A stretch of DNA of 35,564 nucleotides from Candidatus Hadarchaeales archaeon (GTDB lineage: Archaea; Hadarchaeota; Hadarchaeia; Hadarchaeales; Hadarchaeaceae). Positions 17,840-26,062 of this stretch are shown piece after piece. The stretch lies in contig JAVZGN010000008.1 of NCBI GenBank assembly GCA_038872135.1, positions 3,526-39,089 on the forward strand, written 5' to 3'. How positions within the stretch are numbered: position 1 is the first letter of the stretch; the number at the start of each line of letters is the position of its first letter. The notes below the pieces were generated by a model, which worked only from the letters and a program-made list of their open reading frames with translations, did no database searches and was not told where the DNA came from. A program made the position numbers and the translations under genes.

Positions 17840-18772
17840 ATGATTGAGATAGAAGAGCTTGAAGGAATCGGCCCAGTGGTGGCTGAAAAGCTGAGATCCG
17901 CTGGATATACATCGGTTGTGAGCCTGGCCGTGGCAACGCCTCAAGCACTGATGGAAGCCGCTGAGGTGGGGATTAAAACCGCTGCAAAGATAATCTCCGC
18001 CGCCAGGGAAGCCGCAAAGATGGACTATGAGCTTGCTAGCCTCGTCTACGAGAGAAGGAAAAGGCTGGCAAGGATATCCACCGGAAGCAGCGCCCTAGAC
18101 AAAATCCTCGGCGGCGGGATTGAAACAGGGGGCGTTACAGAGGTCTTTGGAGAGTTCGGGAGTGGGAAATCACAGCTGGCCCACCAGCTCTCTGTCAATG
18201 TGCAACTTCCCCGCGAGCAGGGGGGACTGGATGGGAGAGTAATCTACATCGACACCGAAAACACCTTCAGGCCTGAGAGAATCGAGCAGATGGCGCTGGC
18301 TGTTGGCGTCGATCCTCAGAAGACTCTCGACAGGATCTATGTTGCAAGGGCTCATACCACCGATCACCAGATGCTACTAGCAGAAAAAGCAGCGGAAATT
18401 GCAGGGAATGATGGGGTGAAGCTGGTGGTGATAGATTCTGTGACTTCCCTCTTCAGAAGTGAATTCTGCGGGAGAGCCAGCCTCGCGGAAAGGCAGCAGA
18501 AGCTTGGCAGGCACATCGCAACACTCCACAGGATTGCAGAGTTGAACGATGCCGCAGTCTTCATCACCAACCAGGTTCAGGCGAGGCCAGACATTTTCTT
18601 CGGTGATCCCACGAGGCCCGTCGGGGGACATGTGCTGGGTCACGCGGTGACTGCGAGGGTTTATCTGAAAAAAGCAAAGGGAAACCTTAGAACTGCCCAG
18701 CTGATAGACCACCCGAGCCTGCCACCTGAGGCAGCGACATTTCAGATAACCGAGGCCGGGATCAGGGATTGA
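17840..18772 (+). CDS. radA: DNA repair and recombination protein RadA
   Basis: N-terminal HhH (LEGIGP), [47 protein letters not shown] 17840 behind SD GGGGTGA; no intein. Confidence 0.97.
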   Translation: MIEIEELEGIGPVVAEKLRSAGYTSVVSLAVATPQALMEAAEVGIKTAAKIISAAREAAKMDYELASLVYERRKRLARISTGSSALDKILGGGIETGGVTEVFGEFGSGKSQLAHQLSVNVQLPREQGGLDGRVIYIDTENTFRPERIEQMALAVGVDPQKTLDRIYVARAHTTDHQMLLAEKAAEIAGNDGVKLVVIDSVTSLFRSEFCGRASLAERQQKLGRHIATLHRIAELNDAAVFITNQVQARPDIFFGDPTRPVGGHVLGHAVTARVYLKKAKGNLRTAQLIDHPSLPPEAATFQITEAGIRD

Positions 18773-18789
18773 TGATTTTCGATTTTTTG

Positions 18790-18819
18790 GCGGGGGTTTG
18801 ATGAAATCCCCGCTTTTTT
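18790..18819 (+). terminator. Hairpin plus U-tract terminator after radA
   Basis: GCGGGGGTTT-GATG-AAATCCCCGC (10 bp, one G-U) followed by TTTTTT. Confidence 0.75.
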
Positions 18820-18889
18820 CTTCTGATGGCCGGAAAACTGAAATAGTTAGGTTTTTGTGGGCTCCCTCCCCTGTGCTTTTGGCGATTGG

Positions 18890-19735
18890 TTGGCTTTCAA
18901 GCTAAGGGTGGGTGGCATTGAAATCGGCCTCGAGATTTTGAGCGTGGGGGAGATGCTCATCCACGAGGAGATAATTCCAGAGATGCTTGAGGATCTCATT
19001 TCCGACATAAAAAACACCGGAAAGTTCAGGGACCCGGTGATCGTGGACTCTGAGACAAAAGTTGTGCTAGACGGGATGCACAGGGTAGCAGCTGCCAAAA
19101 AATTGGGATTGAATGGAATTCCCGCCTGCCTAGTGGACTATGGGGATCCAAAGATAAAGGTGGGGTGCTGGTACCGGGTAATAGATGGATGCGACGAGGA
19201 GAAATTCTTGAGGATGGCCAAGCTCTTCGGTCTTGCGATAGCAACGGCAAATGTGGAGCTGGCCTTGAGAAAACTTGAGGAGAGGGATGCCACTGCCGCC
19301 TTCCTAACCCATCGTTCATGCCATCTGGTGAAGGCCGGGAGAACTGACATCTTTGAGAGCTACACCTGGGTGAAGAGGATTGAAAGGGCCATGAAGGAGG
19401 AAAAGTGCAGCATAAGGTATGAGATAGAGGAAAAAGCTCTGAAGGAGGTTTCCACCGGCACCGCTGTCCTGATGGTCCCCTGCGTCACGAAAGAGGAGGT
19501 CAAAAGGATTGCACTCTCGGGCCGTCTCTTCTCCCATAAAACTACGAGACATGTGATTCCCGCCAGACCAGTCAATGTTGCGGTCCCGGTTGAGTGGCTG
19601 GACGGAAGAATCTCCATCGGGGAAGCTAATTTGAAGCTTGAGGAGTACCTCTCGAAAAGGGGTTTCTCCACCCTCCCGGCTGGTGGGGTCTTTGACGGCA
19701 GGATTTATGAGGAAGAGTTGGTAATCTTCAGGTGA
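18890..19735 (+). CDS. SerK-like kinase (ParB/Srx-like N-domain; free serine kinase family)
   Basis: IHEE, DPVIVD, LDGMHR, VDY, CWY, TKEEV, KTTRHVIP occur in the order I recall for Thermococcus SerK; start TTG 18890 or GTG 18857. Confidence 0.78.
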   Translation: MAFKLRVGGIEIGLEILSVGEMLIHEEIIPEMLEDLISDIKNTGKFRDPVIVDSETKVVLDGMHRVAAAKKLGLNGIPACLVDYGDPKIKVGCWYRVIDGCDEEKFLRMAKLFGLAIATANVELALRKLEERDATAAFLTHRSCHLVKAGRTDIFESYTWVKRIERAMKEEKCSIRYEIEEKALKEVSTGTAVLMVPCVTKEEVKRIALSGRLFSHKTTRHVIPARPVNVAVPVEWLDGRISIGEANLKLEEYLSKRGFSTLPAGGVFDGRIYEEELVIFR

Positions 19736-19736
19736 T

Positions 19737-20906
19737 TTGGTGAAGTTCATTGTCATTGTTGGAGATGGGATGGCAGATTACCCATCAAAGCGTTTGAATG
19801 GGAAAACACCGTTGGAGGTGGCAAACAAGCCGAACCTTGACCTGCTGGCGAAGGAGGGGAAGATGGGGTTGCTCAAGACAATCCCGGAAAAAATGCCCCC
19901 AGATTCCTCCGTCGCCAACCTCTCCATCCTTGGGTATGATCCTGTGAAGTGCTACACTGGAAGGGGGCCGCTTGAGGCCGGGGCGATGGGGATAAAACTT
20001 GGGGAAGAGGATGTAGCTTTCAGATGTAACTTGGTAACAGTGAAAGATGGTATACTCTCCGATTATTCTTCTGGACACATCACGACCGAGGAGGCGGCAA
20101 TCCTGCTGGATGAGATGAGAAAGCTTGGTATCGGGGAATATTTCCTCGGGAAAAGCTACAGGCATGTTTTTGTTTTGAGAAATTCTGATGCTGCTGCTGG
20201 TTGCTCCCCTCCCCACGACATCGTTGGAGAACCCATTTCAAAACACATGATAAAAGATGGGGAGGTGGGAGAGAAGCTCAACCGGCTCATGCTAAGATCT
20301 CTTGAGATTTTATCACATCATCCCGTGAATCTCAGAAGAGTCTCCGCCGGAAAAAATCCTGGAAACATGATCTGGCTTTGGAGCCCGGGGAAAAGGCCCC
20401 GGCTGGAGCCATTCCAGGAGAAATTTGGACTGCGGGGAGGGCTGATCTCTGCCGTTCCGCTGATAAAGGGGATAGGGGTTTATGCCCAGATGGAGCCAAT
20501 CGATGTCCCGGGGGCGACAGGGTATTATGACACAAACTATGAGGGAAAGGCGGATTATGCGGTTAAATTTCTGGAGAAAAATGATTTCATCTTCATTCAT
20601 GTAGAAGCTCCAGACGAAGCTGGGCATGAAGGAGATCCTGAAAAGAAAGTAAAAACAATTGAAGACCTGGACAGACGACTGATCGGGAGAATTTTGAACA
20701 GGGTGTCTGAGGTGAAAATTGCCGTCCTTCCTGATCATCCCACGCCAGTGGACGTGAGACTCCACATGAGAGACCCTGTGCCATTTGTCATTTGGAGGGA
20801 GGGGATGGAAGGAGATGGGCTGACCTTCTGCGAGGCCTCGGGTAGACTGGGATCGCTTGGATTTCTAGAAGGAGAGCAGTTCATGGAAAAATTTCTAAAG
20901 ATATGA
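19737..20906 (+). CDS. apgM: ApgM-family cofactor-independent phosphoglycerate mutase homolog
   Basis: GDGMAD, GKTPLE, YTGRGPLEA, AFRCNLVT, DYSSGHI, HVEAPDEAGHEG, PDHPTP, H..DPVP. Confidence 0.88.
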   Translation: MVKFIVIVGDGMADYPSKRLNGKTPLEVANKPNLDLLAKEGKMGLLKTIPEKMPPDSSVANLSILGYDPVKCYTGRGPLEAGAMGIKLGEEDVAFRCNLVTVKDGILSDYSSGHITTEEAAILLDEMRKLGIGEYFLGKSYRHVFVLRNSDAAAGCSPPHDIVGEPISKHMIKDGEVGEKLNRLMLRSLEILSHHPVNLRRVSAGKNPGNMIWLWSPGKRPRLEPFQEKFGLRGGLISAVPLIKGIGVYAQMEPIDVPGATGYYDTNYEGKADYAVKFLEKNDFIFIHVEAPDEAGHEGDPEKKVKTIEDLDRRLIGRILNRVSEVKIAVLPDHPTPVDVRLHMRDPVPFVIWREGMEGDGLTFCEASGRLGSLGFLEGEQFMEKFLKI

Positions 20907-20920
20907 GATCGATTTATTTT

Positions 20921-21040
20921 GCCGGTGGGGCGCAACACCCAGTAGCCATGGCCCTGGGAAATTCTGATGACCTGGTGTCCACACGCTGGGGGACAGCTCT
21001 GCCGGCATCATCAACAGATGTTGGCTGAGAGCTTTTCAGC
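20921..21040 (+). ncRNA. Candidate structured RNA element (three-way junction plus hairpins), family unknown
   Basis: 11-bp closing helix 20921-20931/20996-21006 with three G-U pairs, inner helices CCCAG/CTGGG and TGTCC/GGACA, CTGATGA in the junction. Confidence 0.35.
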
Positions 21041-21058
21041 TGTGGCGGCATTTTCTAG

Positions 21059-21094
21059 TTTATAAAGGGGTTCTACCCAAATGCTTGATGGGTA
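21059..21094. promoter_or_regulatory. TATA box TTTATAAA with downstream inverted repeat TACCCA-N9-TGGGTA
   Basis: TATA at 21059-21066; repeat arms at 21074-21079 and 21089-21094. Confidence 0.55.
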
Positions 21095-21359
21095 TACGCG
21101 GGCGCACATATCACGAGATAGATCCTGTTCACGTGGGAACTGCGCGAGAGGGCGAGGCGGAAGCGATGGTTTTATGCCAGGCTCAAGCGCTTCTTTGAAG
21201 GGCTTCCACAGAAAAGTTGGAGGAAGGTTGAGGGCTCGTATCTCGTTGACAAAAGATCCTCCATAAAACGAGGTGGCTGTTGAAACTATTTGAAGGACCC
21301 GAACTAGCACGGCGAGAATTCGCGATCGAAACTTCACGGCGAGGGGTGCATGGCCCATC
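21087..21359 (+). ncRNA. Candidate multi-domain ncRNA of about 270 nt, family unknown
   Basis: Starts at TSS distance from a TATA box; ends are complementary (GATGGG/CCCATC); several nested helices; no convincing protein. Confidence 0.35.
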
Positions 21360-21456
21360 TCACGAAATGCTCCTCAGAGTCGGTGTTACAGGATGAACTC
21401 CGTCCATCTTTTCACCAACGCCTTTTAATTACAGCAAAAATTTAGGTTTGGATAAA

Positions 21457-21831
21457 ATGACCTTCATCATTTCCGGCCCATTGATTTTCCTCATCCTCCT
21501 CCTCGCGGCCTCCGCCCTCCTTATAGCCGCCGCAATTCTCAAGCGGAAGAAAAAACAAGAAATCTGCACATTTTGCAGAAAGATATGGGAAAAGGGAAGA
21601 ATAGAAATAGGAAAATCCGAAAAACCAAAATCCTACATCATCTGCCCAGGTTGCGCCAAAAAGCTCATCAGCTCCGTCAGAGAGGTTGAAGCCAAAAACA
21701 GGGCCTGCCGCCACTGCAACTCAAAAAGTGCCCCCCTCTGGGAGATCTCGGGCTTGGGCCTTTTTTGCTCCACTTGCACGCCAGAAATAATGCGAAAGCT
21801 GGAAGAGGCGACAAAAGCCGGAGAATTTTAG
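21457..21831 (+). CDS. Membrane-anchored protein with four CxxC pairs (double zinc finger)
   Basis: N-terminal TM, KRKKK, then CTFC, CPGC, CRHC, CSTC; start ATG 21457 or TTG 21448. Confidence 0.75.
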   Translation: MTFIISGPLIFLILLLAASALLIAAAILKRKKKQEICTFCRKIWEKGRIEIGKSEKPKSYIICPGCAKKLISSVREVEAKNRACRHCNSKSAPLWEISGLGLFCSTCTPEIMRKLEEATKAGEF

Positions 21832-24800
21832 AAAAAGTCAGCCAGAGTGGTCTGCCTCACGGCATCGCTCTCAAAAGTGGATTTTATGTCCCTTTCAATC
21901 AGCATTATCCTCTGCTTGGTGTAGTCGCTCAAATTATATTTCTCTGCAAGTCTCTTCGCCGCCATGAAATATTTCTCGACCGACGCCCTATGGACTGTGA
22001 GAAGAAGTTTCCCCCCACACTCTTCGCACACGCCCCTCAGCGGGACCCGCCTGAACTTTCGATTGCAATTCGAACACCTGAAAGCCTGGGTTGAAAATGT
22101 CCTTAGATTCCCCCTCATGTCGGGAATGAAGTGGTGTGAGATTATCTTCTCCGCTATGCTCCTAGGATCAACTGCCCTTATCTTTTCCGCCAGCTCCATT
22201 TCCGCCCTTATTTTATCCTCCATTTCACCCAGAGATGAATACTTGGACTCCCTTGGACCGGCGGCGATATCTCCTGTATCAAACGAAAACTTTATTCCCT
22301 CATACTGGGCTGCAGTTCCCAGTCTCTTCTCCACAGTTTCTATCAGAGAAGTCAGCTTAGACGGCGCCTCATATCTCCAGGTTGCCTCATAGAACTCCAG
22401 AGGATATCGCCCTACCACATCCATGTTATGCGCCTCCTTGTCTATCTCCAGTGGATTTATTCTGAGAGTCAAAATCAGAGGGGCATCCATGTGCCCGCCC
22501 CGGGAGGATGGCAGAAATCTCTTGCTGAAGTTCAGGAGGGCATCCAACAACAGCATCACACAATCCTCATCGCCATCACAGTCCCTCCTCTTCGCTGCAT
22601 GGAAGAAAGGATGAGCATAGTAAACTTTGGCCTTTGTAAACCCGATTATTCTTCCGACAACCCCTGCAGAAGTATGCGGCGCCAGCCCAAGAACTATGTG
22701 CCCCAGCAGGTCCTCCCTTCTATCCGCCTTGTAGTATGAGGGGAGCCCGTAAAACTTCTGGAGCAGCTCATCCACAAATCTTGAGGCCCTCAACAAATAT
22801 TCTGCCCCCTCCTCTGGCAGAATTATGTCCTGCACCTTTAGCTCCAGAAGCTGGTCATCTCTCTCCAGCGGGCGTCCATCAACATCTCTCTCATATCCAA
22901 GCTCCCTGAGCTTCTCAACGCTCACCCCAATCTCTCTTGGTCTTAAGTGAGTGAGGGGAACATTGGTAGCATCAAATCTAATCGTCCCATCTTTGAAAAC
23001 AAACACCTTATGCTTGGCTCTGAGTATCCCCTTCTCAATCGGTTCCGGAATTTTGTATGCACTCGTCATTCCTTTGACTCCCTTCAGCATATCTAGCTCC
23101 ACTTCCCCAACTTTTTCCATGGCCGCCGACAAAAGCTCCCTAACATCTATTTCAACTCTTTTGAAAAACTCCCCTCTCGCCCCACAACTCGGACAGGCCT
23201 CTCCTTCTATCTCCCGCCCACATTTGGAGCAATAGCGCCTGAACTCCGCCATCCCCCCGCACCCGGGACATTTTCTTGTAAAAACTATCTTCCCACACCG
23301 CTGACACTTCAGCTGCGCAAGCTCCACCGCTACCTTCCCGCCCTTCTCCGCCGCCTCGAGAATGTTCCGTCTGGCTCCTCCCTGAAGCTCTATTGGAAAC
23401 AGCACATGAACTGGGGGTTTCATCTCCCGAGGGGCAGCCTTCTCTGGCCTTCCCATCCTAGCGCCGATTCTCGTCCCACCCTTGTCCATTATCTTGAAAC
23501 CCGCGAGGGCAGATACCACCTCCAAAACCTCTGCGGTTGGGTTACCCCTGATCGTCTCCACCAGCCTCTTTTCGGACAACCGCTCACCCTCCAAAAGCCC
23601 CAGGCACCTACAGAGCGGAAGCGCATGGTCCTCCAGCACGACCTCCCCAGCTTCAACCCTGTGGGGAACCCCAAGCTCCTCCAAAAACCTCTTCGGGACC
23701 TGCTCCACTCCAACCCTCATCCTCTTCAACACTCCATTCTCAAACTCCGCCCTCCCCTTAACCAACCATTTCCCAAGTTCCAAGATTTCGTCGAGATGAA
23801 GGTCACGGAAGTAATATGTGTATGCTGGATGGAATGGAACACCAAGCTTTTCTGAAATTTCTATCGCCAGCGCTGGAGAGGGCCTTGGGTAAGGAGGGGT
23901 AAGATATCTGGAGATGTCGAACCCCACCTGCTTCTCTTTAAGCGCCCTCTCAACCTCCTGCGCCCACCACTCCTCGCAGTAGCCGGCCGGCATCAGTGGA
24001 TGGTTGTTCTCCAAAAACTCCCCAAACCCGATCAAAATGTCTCCCAAGAATAGGATTTCAGAAATCCTGTGCCGGAGAGCCCTTGCCTCCTCCACAGATT
24101 CTATCTTCACAACCGATCCATCATCCAGCTTTACTATCGGCCCTTCAATGGTGTCCACCGGTGTGACGGCTCCCCCTTTCCCAGGCCTTTCGGTTTTCAG
24201 CTGGGTTCCCGTTGCGATGAACTCCCCACAGACAACCATTGTCGCCGGATGGATCCCAATTGCTGCTATCCCTGTTGTCCTCGCCCGCCCATATCTTAAC
24301 CTGAATCCCCCATATCTTCCCCTCCCGCCAAGACCTGGCTCCGAAAAAACCGGGCGCCCTGCAATAACTTCCTTAAGATACTTGTCGCCCTTAGGCACCT
24401 CCACCTTCTCCTCCTCGGAAACCGTTGCCTTGTGGGCGAGCTGCTTCAACCACGACCAGCCATCCAGCCCGAACTTCTCAACATATTTCAGGACCTTCGC
24501 CGCCCGAAGGATTATTCCTTCTGTAAGCGCAAGTATCGCGCCTTCCCGGAGATAATTGTGCTCGACCCTCTCCAGATCTCTGAAAGAACTCACCTCGTAG
24601 TCAGCCTTTCCCTTATCTCCCGTGACCTCAACGGGGATATTTCCCACAGCAAGTCTTATCTCATCGGCCGGGGGAGAGTACTGTCCTGGAGCCACAAATG
24701 TCCGATAGAGCTCTATTTCTTCCACAAATCTCTCCACCTCTTCTTCCGTCGCTCTGTATGGATCTAGGTACATCTTGCGCCTCACGAAATCTCCGGCGAG

Positions 24801-25271
24801 AATCGAGAGCGCTGCCGCCGTTCCCCCCGCCGCTCTAATCGGGCCCGCAAAATATATCGCCAGATGTTTCGTCCCGTCGCGATTTTCTCTTATCTTCACC
24901 TCGGGGATGCCCTCAAGTGGAGCCACAACAATTCCTTCAGTCAAGATCGCAAGCGCTGCCCTCACCGCCTGCTCAGCGGTCTTTTGTGGATCGAATCTTC
25001 CAAATCTCCCGTCAACAATCATCTCTGCAATCTTCAGCGCTATTTCCTCCCTCGGCATCTCTTTTTCAAGCCTCCTTATCTCCTCAGCAACCCCCGGAGG
25101 ACCAACAAGCTTTTCTACCCTCTCCGCCAGCTCTCCCGCCATGGGAATCTCAGGAAACGGCTCTGGATCGTTGCCCATTGCTCTGGCTTTCTCAGCAATC
25201 GCGTAAATCGCCCTCACTTGCTCCTCGAGTTTCCTGAAATACTCCATCATCTCTGGGCTGGCCGCAATCAT
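21828..25271 (-). CDS. polC: DNA polymerase D large subunit DP2
   Basis: FAGPIRAAGGT, GGFRLRYGRART, RIGARMGRPEKA, catalytic HAAKRRDCDGDED, C-terminal Zn fingers and PIP box QTTLADFF; ATG 25271 in an ATGA overlap; no intein. Confidence 0.98.
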   Translation of the reverse strand: MIAASPEMMEYFRKLEEQVRAIYAIAEKARAMGNDPEPFPEIPMAGELAERVEKLVGPPGVAEEIRRLEKEMPREEIALKIAEMIVDGRFGRFDPQKTAEQAVRAALAILTEGIVVAPLEGIPEVKIRENRDGTKHLAIYFAGPIRAAGGTAAALSILAGDFVRRKMYLDPYRATEEEVERFVEEIELYRTFVAPGQYSPPADEIRLAVGNIPVEVTGDKGKADYEVSSFRDLERVEHNYLREGAILALTEGIILRAAKVLKYVEKFGLDGWSWLKQLAHKATVSEEEKVEVPKGDKYLKEVIAGRPVFSEPGLGGRGRYGGFRLRYGRARTTGIAAIGIHPATMVVCGEFIATGTQLKTERPGKGGAVTPVDTIEGPIVKLDDGSVVKIESVEEARALRHRISEILFLGDILIGFGEFLENNHPLMPAGYCEEWWAQEVERALKEKQVGFDISRYLTPPYPRPSPALAIEISEKLGVPFHPAYTYYFRDLHLDEILELGKWLVKGRAEFENGVLKRMRVGVEQVPKRFLEELGVPHRVEAGEVVLEDHALPLCRCLGLLEGERLSEKRLVETIRGNPTAEVLEVVSALAGFKIMDKGGTRIGARMGRPEKAAPREMKPPVHVLFPIELQGGARRNILEAAEKGGKVAVELAQLKCQRCGKIVFTRKCPGCGGMAEFRRYCSKCGREIEGEACPSCGARGEFFKRVEIDVRELLSAAMEKVGEVELDMLKGVKGMTSAYKIPEPIEKGILRAKHKVFVFKDGTIRFDATNVPLTHLRPREIGVSVEKLRELGYERDVDGRPLERDDQLLELKVQDIILPEEGAEYLLRASRFVDELLQKFYGLPSYYKADRREDLLGHIVLGLAPHTSAGVVGRIIGFTKAKVYYAHPFFHAAKRRDCDGDEDCVMLLLDALLNFSKRFLPSSRGGHMDAPLILTLRINPLEIDKEAHNMDVVGRYPLEFYEATWRYEAPSKLTSLIETVEKRLGTAAQYEGIKFSFDTGDIAAGPRESKYSSLGEMEDKIRAEMELAEKIRAVDPRSIAEKIISHHFIPDMRGNLRTFSTQAFRCSNCNRKFRRVPLRGVCEECGGKLLLTVHRASVEKYFMAAKRLAEKYNLSDYTKQRIMLIERDIKSTFESDAVRQTTLADFF

Positions 25272-26062
25272 CCAAACACCGCCTCCTTCAAACTCTTGCA
25301 AACAAAATCTGGTTTCTCCCTCGCCCGTCTAACATCCCCGATTTTCGTCACCCCGGTGAGAACTAGAATTGTCCTCAGTCCCAGCTTCTTCCCAACAGCT
25401 ACATCTGTGTCCAGCCTGTCTCCCACCATCACCACCTTCCCCTTCTCCACCCCGAGCAGTCTGAGAGCCATCTCAACCATTCCAAGCGAGGGCTTTCCAA
25501 AGATCAGCCTCGGCTTTTTCCCCGTGCTCCCCTCCAATGCTCCAATCACCGCCCCTGCGCCAGGGGACAGCCCATCTTCTGTTGGATAGGTTGGATCTGA
25601 GTTTGTGGCAATAAAATCTGCCCCCTTCAAAATTGCTCTGACCCCAGCTTCAATTTTTTTGTAAGTAAGATTCGGATCCAGTCCGACCACAACATGTGTT
25701 GCCTTTATTGCCTCATCAATTCCCAGCACTTTGACACCGGCTTCCCGCAACTCCTCAAAAACCCCTCTCCCCCCGATAGCGAAGACTCTCGCTGAGGGAA
25801 AATTTCTCTTCAAATACACCGCCGTCACATAACCAGAAGTTATGATCTCCTCTTTTTCCGCTGGAATCCCCATTCTCCTGAGTTTTCTCACATAGCTTGA
25901 CCTCGAGAGGGTGGAATTATTCGTCAAAAATAATACCCTTAGCCCCCTCCTCTTCATCTCTCTCACGGCTTCCGCTGCCCCCTCCAAAGGAGTATCTCCC
26001 CGGTAAAGAACTCCATCCATGTCCAAGATAACCGCCGAGACTCCATCAAAAGGCTTAGGCAA
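25268..26062 (-). CDS. HAD-IIA (NagD-like) phosphatase
   Basis: DMDGVLY, LTNNS, ATNSD, GKP, MVGDRLDTDV, VLTGV. Confidence 0.94.
   Translation of the reverse strand: MPKPFDGVSAVILDMDGVLYRGDTPLEGAAEAVREMKRRGLRVLFLTNNSTLSRSSYVRKLRRMGIPAEKEEIITSGYVTAVYLKRNFPSARVFAIGGRGVFEELREAGVKVLGIDEAIKATHVVVGLDPNLTYKKIEAGVRAILKGADFIATNSDPTYPTEDGLSPGAGAVIGALEGSTGKKPRLIFGKPSLGMVEMALRLLGVEKGKVVMVGDRLDTDVAVGKKLGLRTILVLTGVTKIGDVRRAREKPDFVCKSLKEAVFG

Noticed and set aside
20921-21007. tRNA, 5S rRNA or hammerhead reading of the GCCGG...CCGGCA element
   Set aside because: No T-loop TTCRA or anticodon arm; only a loose CACCC likeness to 5S without CGAAC; CTGATGA is not followed by a stem II and GAAA.
21011-21358. 115-aa minus ORF and 61-aa plus ORF (21081-21266)
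   Set aside because: No motifs and atypical composition; the minus ORF crosses a strong TATA box. Kept only as the alternative to the ncRNA idea.
21087-21400. SRP RNA or RNase P RNA
   Set aside because: No complete SRP helix 8 motif (CCAGG...GGAA...AGCA) and no properly placed RNase P CR-I/CR-V pair on either strand; a very divergent form cannot be excluded without a covariance search.
22567-22600. DP2 active-site variant RRDCDGDED instead of RRNCDGDED
   Set aside because: Catalytic aspartates are intact and I recall this variant in other archaeal DP2 proteins; no intein is present.
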